Shown: positions 1 to 11,136, counted from the first letter of the stretch. The stretch is DNA of 20,767 nucleotides from Octopus sinensis (GCF_006345805.1 NW_021824448.1:1-20767); one strand, 5' to 3'. A program made the numbers and translations. The notes: generated by a model not told the origin, from the letters alone.

Positions 1-21
1 CATTGAACTCAGGTTTTCATT

Positions 22-155
22 TTAAATATTAAGATAAATATATACATACATATAATTATGTATATAACATATATATTATGTTGTTTGTGGTGTGTATGTA
101 TGTCTGTATATATATGTATATAATATATATAATATATCTATACATACATAACACA

Positions 156-187
<32 letters not shown>

Positions 188-545
188 AATCGCGGGAGAC
201 ATATGTGTAAGCATGTTTATATGCAAGTATGCATATATGAACGATATTGCATGTATGTTTACATATTTTCTAAATTCATATATACATGTATGTATATATG
301 GGATATATGCAAATATATATATAAATATAATATATATATAATATATAAATACATATACACACTATATGTCTATGTATATATATATGTATATATATACATT
401 CATCTGTATGTGTCTATATATGTTTATATATAAAAAAATACTTTATATATATATGTAATATAGATATATCATATATATATATATATATATTTATTAAGTT
501 TTTTTACGTTAGGTTATTATATAAATATATATATATAATTAATAT
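22..545. repeat. Degenerate (TA)n/(TG)n microsatellite block
   Basis: Near-continuous TA/TG/CA dinucleotide runs. Confidence 0.9.
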
Positions 546-1019
546 ATAGATAATATATATTTCATAATACATGCAATATTTAGGAACCTACACACATCTC
601 TGTACGTATTATGTAAGCAACAAACGTACCAATCCGATATTAATAATGCCGAAGATATATATTCGAAAGTATATGGGGTGGGTGATGTCAGGGGGGGGCT
701 TAACTCATAGATAACACCCACCAGCATCATCAGCAACAGCAACACCAACAACCCTAAGATCAAGAAAGCGACTACATTAATAAAAACACCAACAATTTCA
801 ATATCTGTTACAATAAAGAAAAAAAAAATCATCTAAAAATTAGAAAAAAATTTGTTTATATTTATATTTTGTCAATTTTATTTGTTCTTTTTTGTGTGTT
901 TTTTTCTTGTTTTCTTTTTTGTTTAATTTTGTTTTGTTTTTGAGAAAAGCTTTCAAAATTGATTGAGCAAACTCAGAAAGGAAGATCATAAGCCAATAAC
1001 GAAAGGAAAAAGAAACTAA

Positions 1020-1516
1020 ACAACAATAGAAATATTAGCAACAACAACAACAACAACAGTTACGACTACTAGTACTACTGATACTACTACAACTACTACT
1101 AATATTCTTGGTGAAAAAAAACTACAGTCAAGAACATCTAATTTTTAGCAATAAGATGATGATGACGATGATGATGATTAAGATGATGATGTCAGTGATG
1201 ATGATCATAATGATGTTGGTGGTGGTGATGTTGGTGATGATGATGATGGTGGTGGTGGTGGTGGTGATGGTGATGATCGAGTTGGGGTGATGATGGCGAT
1301 AATGATGATGATGTTAAAGCTTATGATATTGATGACGATGATGATGTTGGCGGTGGTGATGGTGGTGGTTGTGGTCTTGGTTGAGGTAGTGGGATGGTGA
1401 TAATAATAATAATAATAACAACAATGATAATAATATTGATAATAATAACAATAATAATAATAGTAATAAAATAATATTGTCGTGACTATTATTACTGTTA
1501 TTATTATGATGTCATA

Positions 1517-1588
<72 letters not shown>

Positions 1589-1680
1589 TAATATTACTAA
1601 TAACAACAACAACAACAACAATAATAATAATAATAATAATAATAATTATAATAATAATAATAATAATAATAATATCTAAT
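1020..1680. repeat. Compound trinucleotide microsatellite (AAC)n-(ACT)n-(GAT/GGT)n-(AAT)n
   Basis: Successive triplet tracts, including a long perfect (AAT)n at ~1515-1585. Confidence 0.95.
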
Positions 1681-1869
1681 ATCATAGGAAATTTTAGAGA
1701 TAATATTCATGTTGATAACAATAATAATGAAAGTGAGAATTATATTGAAATATAAGAGAAAGAGCAAAAAAAAATACATTCTTCTTTTCTTGTTAAGTTT
1801 AAAACTTAACAACCTAAAATTAACAAAAATAAAAGGAAAGAAAAATAATGAGGCCGAAAAATACAAGAC

Positions 1870-2135
1870 AACAACATAGACGAAACACTAACCACAACAA
1901 CAACAACAATAACTATATATGTGTGTGTTTGTATGTATATATATATATATACACATGTATATATGTGTGATTAGATATATATATATAAATATATATATGT
2001 ATATGCATATGTGTATGTATATATGCATATATATACATACATACATATATATACACACACATACACACACACACACACTTATATATATATATATGTGTGT
2101 GTATGTATATATATACATGTGTATATACATTGTTT
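1870..2135. repeat. (AAC)n followed by (TA)/(TG)/(CA) microsatellites
   Basis: Visible directly in the sequence. Confidence 0.9.
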
Positions 2136-2499
2136 AGTTGTTTGATTTTTGGATTTAAAAAAAAATATTATTTCATTTTTATTTATTTATTATTATCATT
2201 ATTATTTATTTTATTTTTATTTTTTGGTTTGAAATTTGCGTAGGGAAAAAGGAAAGAAAAGCCAAATTGTAAATATTAAAGATTACAGATTCAGAAAATA
2301 AAAGATCAATAGCTGTTTGTTTGTTTGTTTGTTTCTTTGTTTGTTTGTATGATCTTTATTATTTTACTAATTTTTCCATTATTATATATATTTGTTTTAT
2401 TTTTATTTTTTAATTTTTAATGAAAACTGTTGCAAAATATTTTATTCTGTAGAGAGTGAGAGAGGCAAGCTGCGAAACAAAAATGGCGGAAAAGAGAAA

Positions 2500-2650
<151 letters not shown>

Positions 2651-3139
2651 AGTAATAAAAAGGTGGTGAAAGGAAAATGAAAAAATATTAATAATAATAA
2701 TTAAAATACAACTTATATTAAATATGGTAACAACATGAAGAGCAAGAACATCTGAAAAATAAACATTGTAACAAGAATTCTAACAACAACGCCAACATCA
2801 ACAACATCGGCAGAGGCAAGAATATGGTCAACAAAATATAGGAAACACAAAAGATATCAATGGGAACAACAACAACAACAACAACAAACAAAAATCGGTG
2901 ACAACAACAATATTGGTAAGAACATCAATGAAAAAGAAAATAGAAAAGGAAACGCAAAACGTTAAAACAACGACCAAAACAAGAACAAGAGCAACAACAA
3001 TAACAACAATTACAAAAGTAACGATCACAACGTTGGCATTAACAGTTGAAGGCAGCTCCCGGTCGTAATAGCAAGAACAACATCAAAAGCGCGCGATAAT
3101 GTCGACACCAGTGTGAACAAGTAGCATCATATGAGCTGA

Positions 3140-3365
3140 GAGTGGCTGAGAGTCGGTCGCTCAACCTGCTAGAAATAGCAGTCAAGGATCTACTTTCTCA
3201 TTGCTCTGCCATGGTTTTTTTTTTAAGGAAGGACGCATGACACAACGATCGAGAATCCGGTCCTGGGTGTTCTGTGTACATGGAGTAAAAGAAAAGAAGA
3301 CGGAACTGCCACGGCTGGCACGCTTTCGAATATAGATATGCTCCAGCTGGGTCGACTTGCAAGAT
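3140..3365 (+). mobile_element. Putative highly diverged interspersed repeat (SINE-like 3' portion, family C)
   Basis: cgctcaacctgctagaaatagcag...aaggaagga...gccacggctgg resembles a recalled octopus repeat. Weak in-window similarity to 12154-12200 (gtcacggttgg...tttgat...tctgctcg). Followed by a triplet tract. Confidence 0.35.
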
Positions 3366-3376
3366 ACCACCTTTCT

Positions 3377-3651
3377 CACTACTTCTATTAATATTTCTAC
3401 TACTGTTACTACTACTACTAAAACTACTACTACTGATAATGCTGCTGCTACCACTACTTACTTTGACCACAACTGCTACTGCTATTACCACCACCACCAC
3501 CACCAATACTAGTACTACTACTACTGCAACTACTACACACAAAACGACCGCCACTACTACTACATAAACCACAACCATTACTACAATTACGAACACCACC
3601 GCCATCGCCATTGCTGCTACTACTACCACCACCACCACCGCCGCCGCTACA

Positions 3652-3686
<35 letters not shown>

Positions 3687-3698
3687 CACTACTACTAC
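3377..3698. repeat. (ACT)n/(ACC)n microsatellite
   Basis: Visible directly in the sequence. Confidence 0.95.
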
Positions 3699-3820
3699 TT
3701 TAGCAGCACATTCGTAACATCACTCTTCCCCCCACCCCCAGTTATTCTAATCATTATACGAAAAGGCCATTATTTGAATAGAGTCACACTGACCACTCTT
3801 ATTTTTTAATCTTCTACAAG

Positions 3821-3978
3821 TGTCAGTCATTGAACTATAGCCATGCTGGAGCACCAAATTCTACAGGTAGTCGGACAAGTACATGATTTCAATTTGGTGC
3901 TTATTCTGTCGACCATTTTTGTCGAACCGCTATCTTACATGGACATAAAAACACCAACGCAGGTTGTCAAGCTATGGT
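3821..3978 (-). mobile_element. SINE family A, diverged 3' half
   Basis: cagtcattgaactatagccatgctggagcacc...gaaccgcta...ggttgtcaagc aligns with the minus-strand copy at 5086-5220. Confidence 0.75.
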
Positions 3979-3984
3979 TACAAA

Positions 3985-4002
3985 TATATGTATTTATGTA
4001 TG

Positions 4003-4078
<76 letters not shown>
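3985..4078. repeat. (TG)n microsatellite
   Basis: Near-perfect TG run at ~4011-4074. Confidence 0.95.
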
Positions 4079-4080
<2 letters not shown>

Positions 4081-4206
4081 TGTGTCTGTGTTTGTACCCC
4101 ACCATTGCTTGACAACCGATGTCGGTGTGTTTACGTCTCCGTAACCTATCAGTTACATCAATAACCAACATGGCCGCAGTCAAATGACTGAAACAATTAA
4201 AAGAAT
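4081..4206 (+). mobile_element. SINE family A, 3' half with internal deletion
   Basis: gcttgacaaccgatgtcggtgtgtttacgtc...catggccgcagtcaaatgactgaaac matches 4430-4590; the central segment is missing. Confidence 0.85.
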
Positions 4207-4269
4207 ATCTGAAATTTTGGTTTTCTTCCGGAGTTTGTTTCGACGAGGAGGTTTTTCCCTCTTTCTCTA

Positions 4270-4607
4270 GGCGGCAGGAGTTGCTGTGTGGGCATGTGTC
4301 TTCTACTATAACCTCGGGCCAAACAAAGCGTTATCGTATACGCACACACACACACACACACATATATATGTACATATGTATACGTTTGTGTGAGTGGCTG
4401 TGTTTGTTCCCCACCACTGCCACCACCATCGCTTAACAACCGATGATGGTGTGTTTACGTCCCCGTAACCTAGCGGTTCCACAAAGAGACCAATAGAATG
4501 AGTACTAGGCTTACAATGAATAAGTCCTGGGGTTGATTTCTTCCAATAAACGGCGATGCTCCAGCATAGCCGCAGTCTAATGACTGAAACAAGTAAATGA
4601 ATAAAAG
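4270..4607 (+). mobile_element. SINE family A, end-to-end copy with 5' internal deletions (B box lost)
   Basis: Head ggcggcaggagttgctgtgtgg joins directly to gcatgtgtcttctactata; internal (CA)/(TA) tract; intact 3' half with an A-rich tail. Homologous to the reverse complement of 5062-5444. Confidence 0.85.
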
Positions 4608-4650
4608 TATATATATTCGTGTGCGTGTGTGTGTGGATATATATATATTT

Positions 4651-5008
4651 GTGGCACTCTGTCGGTTACGACGACGAGGGTTCCAGTTGATCCGATCAAA
4701 CGAACAGCCTGCTCGTGAAATTAACGTGGAAGTGGCTGAGCACTCCAAAGACACGTGCACCCTTAACGTAGTTCTAGGGGAGATTCAGCATGACACAGAC
4801 TGTGAGAAGGCCGGCCCTTTGAAATACAGGTACACCAGAAATTTGTGGTAAAAGAGCACAGCAGGGTTCACCACAGACCCCTGCTGGAGCTTGGTAGAAC
4901 TTTAGGCATTATCGCTCAATAGACACTCACAACACCCGGTCTGGGAATCGAAACCGCGATCCTACGACCACGAGTCCGCTGCCCTAAGCACTGAGCCATT
5001 GCACCTCC
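4651..5008 (-). mobile_element. SINE family B, near full-length tRNA-derived SINE
   Basis: Minus-strand head GGAGGTGCAATGGCTCAGTGCTTAGGGCAGCGGACTCG with an A box (4988-4998, TGGCTCAGTGC) and a B box (4943-4955, GGTTTCGATTCCC), then a ~290-nt non-tRNA body. Matches a recalled octopus SINE. Confidence 0.85.
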
Positions 5009-5028
5009 ACACACACATATTTATGATG

Positions 5029-5059
<31 letters not shown>

Positions 5060-5061
5060 TT

Positions 5062-5441
5062 CTTTACTCTTACTCTTTTATGTTTCAGTCATTTGACTGC
5101 GGCCATGATGGAGCACCGCCTTAGTCTTATTCTTTATAAGCCAGTACTATTCTATCGGTCTCTTTGCCGAACCGCTAAGTGACGGGGACGTGAAACACAC
5201 CAGCATCGGTTGTCAAGCATGCTAGGGGGACAAACACAGACACACAAACCCAACACACCATACATATAAAACATATATACGACAGGCTTCTTTCAGTTCC
5301 CGTCTACCAAATCCACTCAGAAGGCATTGATCGGACCGGGGCTATAGCAGAAGACCACTTGCTCAAGATGCCGCGCAGTGGGACTGAAACCCGGAACCAT
5401 GTGGTTGGTTCGCAAACTACTTACCACACAGCCACTCCTGC

Positions 5442-5444
<3 letters not shown>
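5062..5444 (-). mobile_element. SINE family A, full-length tRNA-derived SINE
   Basis: A box TGGCTGTGTGG (5424-5434), B-box-like GGGTTTCAGTCCC (5380-5392), cttgagcaagt motif resembling the start of CORE-type domains, internal microsatellite, (AAGAGT)n-like tail. Has a ~20-bp deletion relative to the 4270 copy. Confidence 0.9.
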
Positions 5445-5477
<33 letters not shown>

Positions 5478-5546
5478 CACATACAACCACAACACACACA
5501 TATATAATATATATATATATAGAGTGTGTGTGTGTGTAAAGATATA

Positions 5547-5580
<34 letters not shown>

Positions 5581-5605
5581 CTTTACACACACACACACTC
5601 TCACA
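5445..5605. repeat. (TA)n/(CA)n microsatellites
   Basis: Visible directly in the sequence. Confidence 0.9.
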
Positions 5606-5642
5606 CGCACGCAGCACAGTCTCCATTAATTGTGGCATATAT

Positions 5643-5788
5643 TCATCGAACCGTGACGGCAGCATTCGTTGTGTGACGTCTGCTGGTTAAACGCAAAACT
5701 GGACGACAGAAAGCATCGCAGAGAACAAAATAATGAGACAAGATAATAACATAGAACAGAGTTAACATGTCGAGACAAAAACCCTAAC
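5643..5788 (-). other. Candidate exon/short ORF (41 aa, hydrophobic N-terminus); unverified
   Basis: Long polypyrimidine tract + ttattacag acceptor ending at 5789; ATG at 5768, TGA at 5643; no convincing donor site. Confidence 0.15.
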
Positions 5789-6014
5789 CTGTAATAAAAC
5801 GCAAGGAATTAAAGAATGGAACGGAACAGAATGGAATGGAAATATTTCGAGCTTTCTTTTTATTTCTTTTTTTTTTTTTGCAGTTTTTGTTTTGTTTGGC
5901 CTTTTGTTTTTGTTCTTTATTATTTAATGGTGTTATATGAAAACAAAACCGTCAGTGCATGAAATTAATCCGAAATACGTTTAACAAGGTTATATCCAGC
6001 TATATCATTATCGC

Positions 6015-6124
6015 CATGATATATGTGTGTATGTGTCAGTGTGTGTGTGTGTCTCAGTGTGAATGTGTCAGTGTATGTGTGTGTATGTGCTTCAATGGTA
6101 TGTATAAATATATGTATATGCATG

Positions 6125-6168
<44 letters not shown>

Positions 6169-6393
6169 ATGGAAGCAGGTACTTTGTACGCATACTTATC
6201 TGTCTACGTATCTACCGATGTGTATGTATGTGTACGTGTGTGTATGTTCATAGGTATGTCTGTGTGTATAATACATTTATGTATTTGCATTATACATATA
6301 CCGCATCCATAGAAGCATGTGCATATGCATATATTATATATATACATATATTTGTGTATGTGTATATATATATATGTATAAATATATACATAC

Positions 6394-6426
<33 letters not shown>

Positions 6427-6505
6427 ATACATATATATATAAATTAGATATATAGTATGTATGTATGTATATATATACACGCACCCACAGATATATATAT
6501 ATATG

Positions 6506-6562
<57 letters not shown>

Positions 6563-6600
6563 ATATATATATATACATATATATGTAACAGTGTATATAT
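6015..6600. repeat. (TG)n/(TA)n microsatellite block
   Basis: Visible directly in the sequence. Confidence 0.9.
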
Positions 6601-6638
6601 TATTGCATGGGTGGTGTATAGCAAATTAAATGCCAAAC

Positions 6639-6831
6639 CTCAAAGTGAGTTTCTGTTCAACAAACCAGCGCCATGTTGTTGTTCCGTCTGTTGTGGAGCA
6701 TTGTTCTGCGTAACTCTTCTCCCATTCAATTCATTACGATATTGCAATTCCGACCAGAGTCTTTGAAATAATGTTCGTTTACACAATTCTTCTTGGTTCA
6801 TTGAGCTCTTTCTCGGTTCCTCTTAGATTAC
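6639..6831 (-). other. Candidate exon in a unique island (53-aa ORF at 6801-6640); unverified
   Basis: tttcag acceptor at 6832-6837; possible GTTTGT/GTTTGG donors after 6666/6639; non-repetitive sequence between TA tracts. Confidence 0.25.
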
Positions 6832-6889
6832 CTGAAATTCTATTTATCATTCTACCTCATCTAAATACACTTGCACACCACAGACAGTT

Positions 6890-7147
6890 ATATAATATGA
6901 ACATAAAATATATATAATATATTATATATATAATTATATATATATATATATGATATTATAATATATATATATATATATATCTATATATATGTATATACAT
7001 ATGTATATACAAACAAGTATGCATATATATACAACTTACATATATATACATGCAATATATACGTCTATAAGCATACATTTATACAAGCAGACGTAGATGT
7101 AAAACATATATATCTATATATATATATATGTGTGGGGTCTGGTGTCG

Positions 7148-7180
<33 letters not shown>

Positions 7181-7760
7181 TGGAGACGAAGTGAGGGAAA
7201 AATATAGGCATATATATGCACAAATATGCATGATAAACTTATATGTGCGTGTGTGTGTGTGTGTGCGTATGCACATTCATACAGAGAGAAAAAGAGGAAG
7301 AGAGAGGAAAGAGATAAGCGTATATGTACAAATATACAGAATAACATACATGTGTATATATTATTTTATATATGAATATCATATATAAATATATATATAT
7401 ATATACATGTGTATATATGTGTGTATATATATACACATATATATGTACATATTTTTATGCATATGTATATATATATTATATATTATATAATATATATGTG
7501 GTGTTGTGTCTATGTAAATTATATATATATATAGATTGATATATATATATATAGATATATGTGTGTGTGTGTGTGCATGCACGATATGCTTTCAGCTATA
7601 ACTCGTAGGTGCGTGTGTATGTGTAGGTGTCGGTGTGATTGAGTGTGTGCGTTTGTGTGAGGTGTGAGTGTATGTATGTGTGTGTGTGTATGTGTGTGTG
7701 TATGTGTGTGTGCCTGTGCATCGATGTATGTGTTTAGATGTTTCTTTTTTAAGTATGTAT
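6890..7760. repeat. (TA)n/(TG)n microsatellite block
   Basis: Visible directly in the sequence. Confidence 0.9.
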
Positions 7761-8148
7761 GCGAAGCGATGGCTGTGGCAGAGATGTCGACGATCTTGAT
7801 TATGACTTTAATGACGAGGAGACGACGACGAAGAGGAACGAGAGGAGGGGAGGAGGAGGAGGAGGAAGAAGGGGAGAAGGGGAAGGACGTGATCGGTGGA
7901 GGCATTGTTGTAGTAGTGACACTGTTGTTATTCAGTTAGTTGTTTCAATGCCGCATTATTGTCAGAGCCTTTACAGTCGACAGCGACGAAGCAACCGGCG
8001 CAGCAGAGCCACGTAGGTGTGTCGTGGCCGTTGATGTTTGCAGCTATTTACTGAAAAATCTCCATCATTTCATTCTGTGTACACACTTTGCAAATTAAAT
8101 GCGATGTTATTTACTTTAAAGTTAAATACATTAGCTGTGTGTATATAG

Positions 8149-8212
<64 letters not shown>

Positions 8213-8419
8213 TTGTGGGTGTGTGTGGGCGAAGTGGTTCATTTGTCGGGTTTTGTGGTTGATGGTTTGACAACAATAATGCATAAACAGCTGCTGTGTC
8301 CTCACACAGTTTGTGATTACATTAAGCAGTTTGAAGGTGGGTAAAAGTTGGGTGGGGCTCTCCTGTGTTATTCGATGGTGTTTGCTTGAAGTTGAATATT
8401 GCAATAACGCATGTGTGTG

Positions 8420-8502
8420 TGTGAATGTGCTGGTGTATATATATATATTTATGTGTGCTCATGTTTGTATATATATATATGTATATAAGCATACATATAT
8501 AT

Positions 8503-8595
<93 letters not shown>

Positions 8596-8850
8596 TATAA
8601 TATATAATATAGTATATGCATGTACGTATGTGTGTGTATATATATATGTTTGAATATGTGGTTGTGAGCTCTGTGTGGTGTGTTGTTTGTGTGTGTGTGT
8701 GGGTTTAGGGCAATAAGAATAACAAGAATAAGAACAGCAACAAGAGGAACAACAACAATTGGTTATAGTTGTCGTTGTCGATGTCGTCGTTGTTGTTGTT
8801 TTTGTCGGTGTCTTTGTTGTTGTTGCTGTTGTTTTTGTTGTCCTTGTGTC
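8420..8850. repeat. (TA)n/(TG)n then (AAC)n/(GTT)n microsatellites
   Basis: Visible directly in the sequence. Confidence 0.9.
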
Positions 8851-9343
8851 TTATCACCGTTTGTCCCGAGACCAGTCTTGATGGAGCATACAAGTAACGA
8901 AACCCATAACATCATCTCTTCAGCTTTCCTTAATACTGTAATGGTCACTCACTGATTTAAAGAAAGCTTTCTTTCCTGGTCTTACCCTTCAGCTCTTGGT
9001 TGCAGTATCGGTCACTTCCTTCAATGGTTTGACCCTACAGGATAATGCCCTTTGATTATAATCTTCAGACCATTTTGATATTTTAAGAATCAGAATTAGG
9101 GTGAGATTTAACCATGTTATTCTTTTAAACCTCAAAATTTCCACTCAAAATTCATTTGCTTTAAGCATCGTCACCTTCATGTATGAAGCTCCATATCCAC
9201 CACACCCAGGACTGAAGGGGAAGGACGGCCCTTCCTATGGCTATCTGTTCTGGTGGAGAGAGGAAACTCCCTGACTTGTGCCTATTAGGAGTTACCATAT
9301 CGGTTTCAAATTATTGCACAGGGTCAGAAAATTATAGGGAAGG

Positions 9344-9477
9344 TAAGTCGATTAGAGCGACCCCATTGTGCAACTGGTATTTCTTTAATCGACTCCGAAA
9401 GGATAAAAGGTAAAGAGGGACAAAACGCCGCTAAATAGTTTGTCTGAAGTGCTTACCATTCTACCAGCTCGCTGCCT
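9344..9477 (-). mobile_element. SINE family D, diverged copy with B-box region deleted
   Basis: aagtcgatta..cgacccca..aactggta..taatcgac.ccgaaaggat.aaagg.aaag and ccgcta...ttct.ccagctc align with 13150-13315; the segment containing ggaatttgaactc is absent. Confidence 0.75.
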
Positions 9478-10111
9478 AAAGGAGGTTTACCATATTCCCA
9501 TCAATATAGATTTGTTGCTGTCTTACTATAACATTGACTCGGCATGTTTGCATACGGCCCCAACACTTGCTTCTGTTAAAAACCAGTCAATGGTAGAAAT
9601 ATGGGAGAAAGGGTGTAGTATTTCAGTGGTACCCCTAACTAAGTCCTTGCCATAGCGACGGTGTTGTCGATGCATTCGTCTCCAGGCTTCCTTTGTGTTG
9701 AATCATCTTTTATTAATTAATAGAAAGATCTAGATTTTGTGGCGGAAGATGTCGCACTCGGTATTTGTTTCGAGGTTTTGACAATTCTTGTTTCAATTAC
9801 CTTGGTTTTGATTTTGAATGGTTTTCCGTTCTCTGTACAGTTGAGGCCGAGTAATCCCATACGTTATTGATAACCAGATCAAAGATGTTGATTTAACGAT
9901 ACGGTATATAATCTGCATCGCTTCATTTAGTTATTCTATTTATATTTGAAACACGTTTCGCTACAAGAGAACATTATTTATCTTACGTTATAAGATAAAG
10001 TCTTCGTGGATATCTTTAACGAGGTTTGAGATGCTTCCCAAGAACAAGCAAGCTGACTTCTTAATAATCGACTTCATCCCCATTTTATCTTCTCTTTTTC
10101 TCTTTCACTAA

Positions 10112-10148
10112 TTTCAGCTTGATGTCTGCGGCCATGCCGGGGCACCGC
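10112..10148 (-). mobile_element. SINE family A, 3'-terminal fragment
   Basis: tttcag...ctgcggccatgccggggcaccgc matches 5083-5119. Confidence 0.55.
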
Positions 10149-10348
10149 TGTTATTTTTGCTACCCTTTTATTACGTGAAATCTCCTCTAATATGTGACAT
10201 TTACTGAATGGGGGAGTTTGGTGCTGCTACGCCCGTGTGCGTTTCCTGCCGGGAAGTAGCTTCATCTGGATCTCTTGAGAGGAGGAAAATTGAGTTTTGT
10301 TTAGAAAACACCTACATCCACCCTATTTAGGACACTCACGCTTTGAGA

Positions 10349-11136
10349 CGGTGATATTCTTTTCTTCTCTAGACACAAAGCCCGAAATTTTGGGAGAGGG
10401 GGCCAGTCGATTAGATCGAGCCAAGCACGCAACTGGTACTTCGGTGAAATTCTGTTTTCAGCTAGGGAAACGGCGGCCGAAACAGTTATCCTGCTTCAAC
10501 AGCTTACAACGAAGCTTCCACGAGAAAAACACAAGTTTACGAATGGTTTTTCACGCTTTTGGAATGGTCACTTGTTACTTGAAGACCAATCTAGTTTAGA
10601 GCGATCGTCGACCTCTCGAACGAATAAAATATCATGAAAATACATGAGCTGATCATGAAGGACGCTCACCAAACAACTGACGAACTTGTTGGTATGGCTG
10701 ATGTGTCCTGGAGCTCCTGCCAAAGAATTTTAAGTGGGGAATTGCAAATGAAAAATGTTACAGCAAAATTTGTGCCTCCTCTCTTGCTTACAGAAGATCA
10801 GAAGAAGTCAATGAAGATCAAAAGAATGAGGGTTGTGAACTGAAAGAACAGTTGGAAGTTGGTTCGTACCTTTTTTCGAAGGTCATCACTGGTGCCGAAA
10901 ACTGGTACTACGGAATTTGCAGATGTGGAAGAGGGAAGAAAAAAAAAACAACGGAGTCTTTAGAAGGCATCACTTCGCAAGATTTCCATCACTGCTTCGA
11001 ATAATGAAAGTCGTACCTGGAACCGATGCATTGCTTCAAATGGAGAATACTTTGAAGGCGATAAATGTGTAAACATGTAAAACTAAGTGAAGAAAATAAT
11101 ATTGCAAAATTCCTGATCCTTTTGGGTTTCTTTGTA
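10349..11136 (+). pseudogene. Decayed mariner (Tc1/mariner, DD34D-type) transposase remnant, internally deleted
   Basis: Frameshifted translation gives VKFCFQLGK-AAETVILLQ-AYNEASTRKTQVYEWF-RF-NGHLLLEDQSSLERSSTSRT..IMKIHELIMKDAHQTTDELVGMADVSWSSCQRILSGELQMKNVTAKFVP..LLTEDQK..CELKEQLEVGSYLFSKVITGAENWYYG | FADVEE..KTTESLEGITSQDFHHCFE**K..WNRCIASNGEYFEGD. This covers the HTH domains, the FVP linker, the first catalytic motif and the C-terminus of a mariner transposase. A degenerate terminal-inverted-repeat-like end finishes in TA at 11135-11136. Confidence 0.9.
10356..10441 (-). mobile_element. SINE family D (alternative 3' tail), 5'-truncated, nested in the mariner
   Basis: agtcgattagatcga...gcaactggtact shared with other D copies but with a different tail; flanked by CGGTGA(T/A)ATTCT at 10349-10360 and 10442-10453 (TSD). 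Confidence 0.8.

Noticed and set aside
675-698. G-rich run GGGGTGGG...GGGGGGGG as a G-quadruplex
   Set aside because: Marginal pattern that needs one G8 run split into two tracts; no functional context
4935-5008. tRNA gene calls for the A/B-box-containing heads (also 5375-5444, 13230-13320)
   Set aside because: No complete cloverleaf; each continues into a SINE body, with homologous fragments in the window for families A and D
7759-8016. 85-aa ORF with acidic/Gly-Arg stretches
   Set aside because: Built largely on (GAC/GGA)n low-complexity sequence; no recognisable domain or paired splice sites
9977-9999. 9-bp inverted repeat TTTATCTTA/TAAGATAAA (paired GATA-like sites)
   Set aside because: Short AT-rich palindromes are expected by chance at this composition
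10634-10843. 69-aa ORF as a functional gene
   Set aside because: It is one fragment of a frameshifted, stop-containing, catalytically deleted mariner
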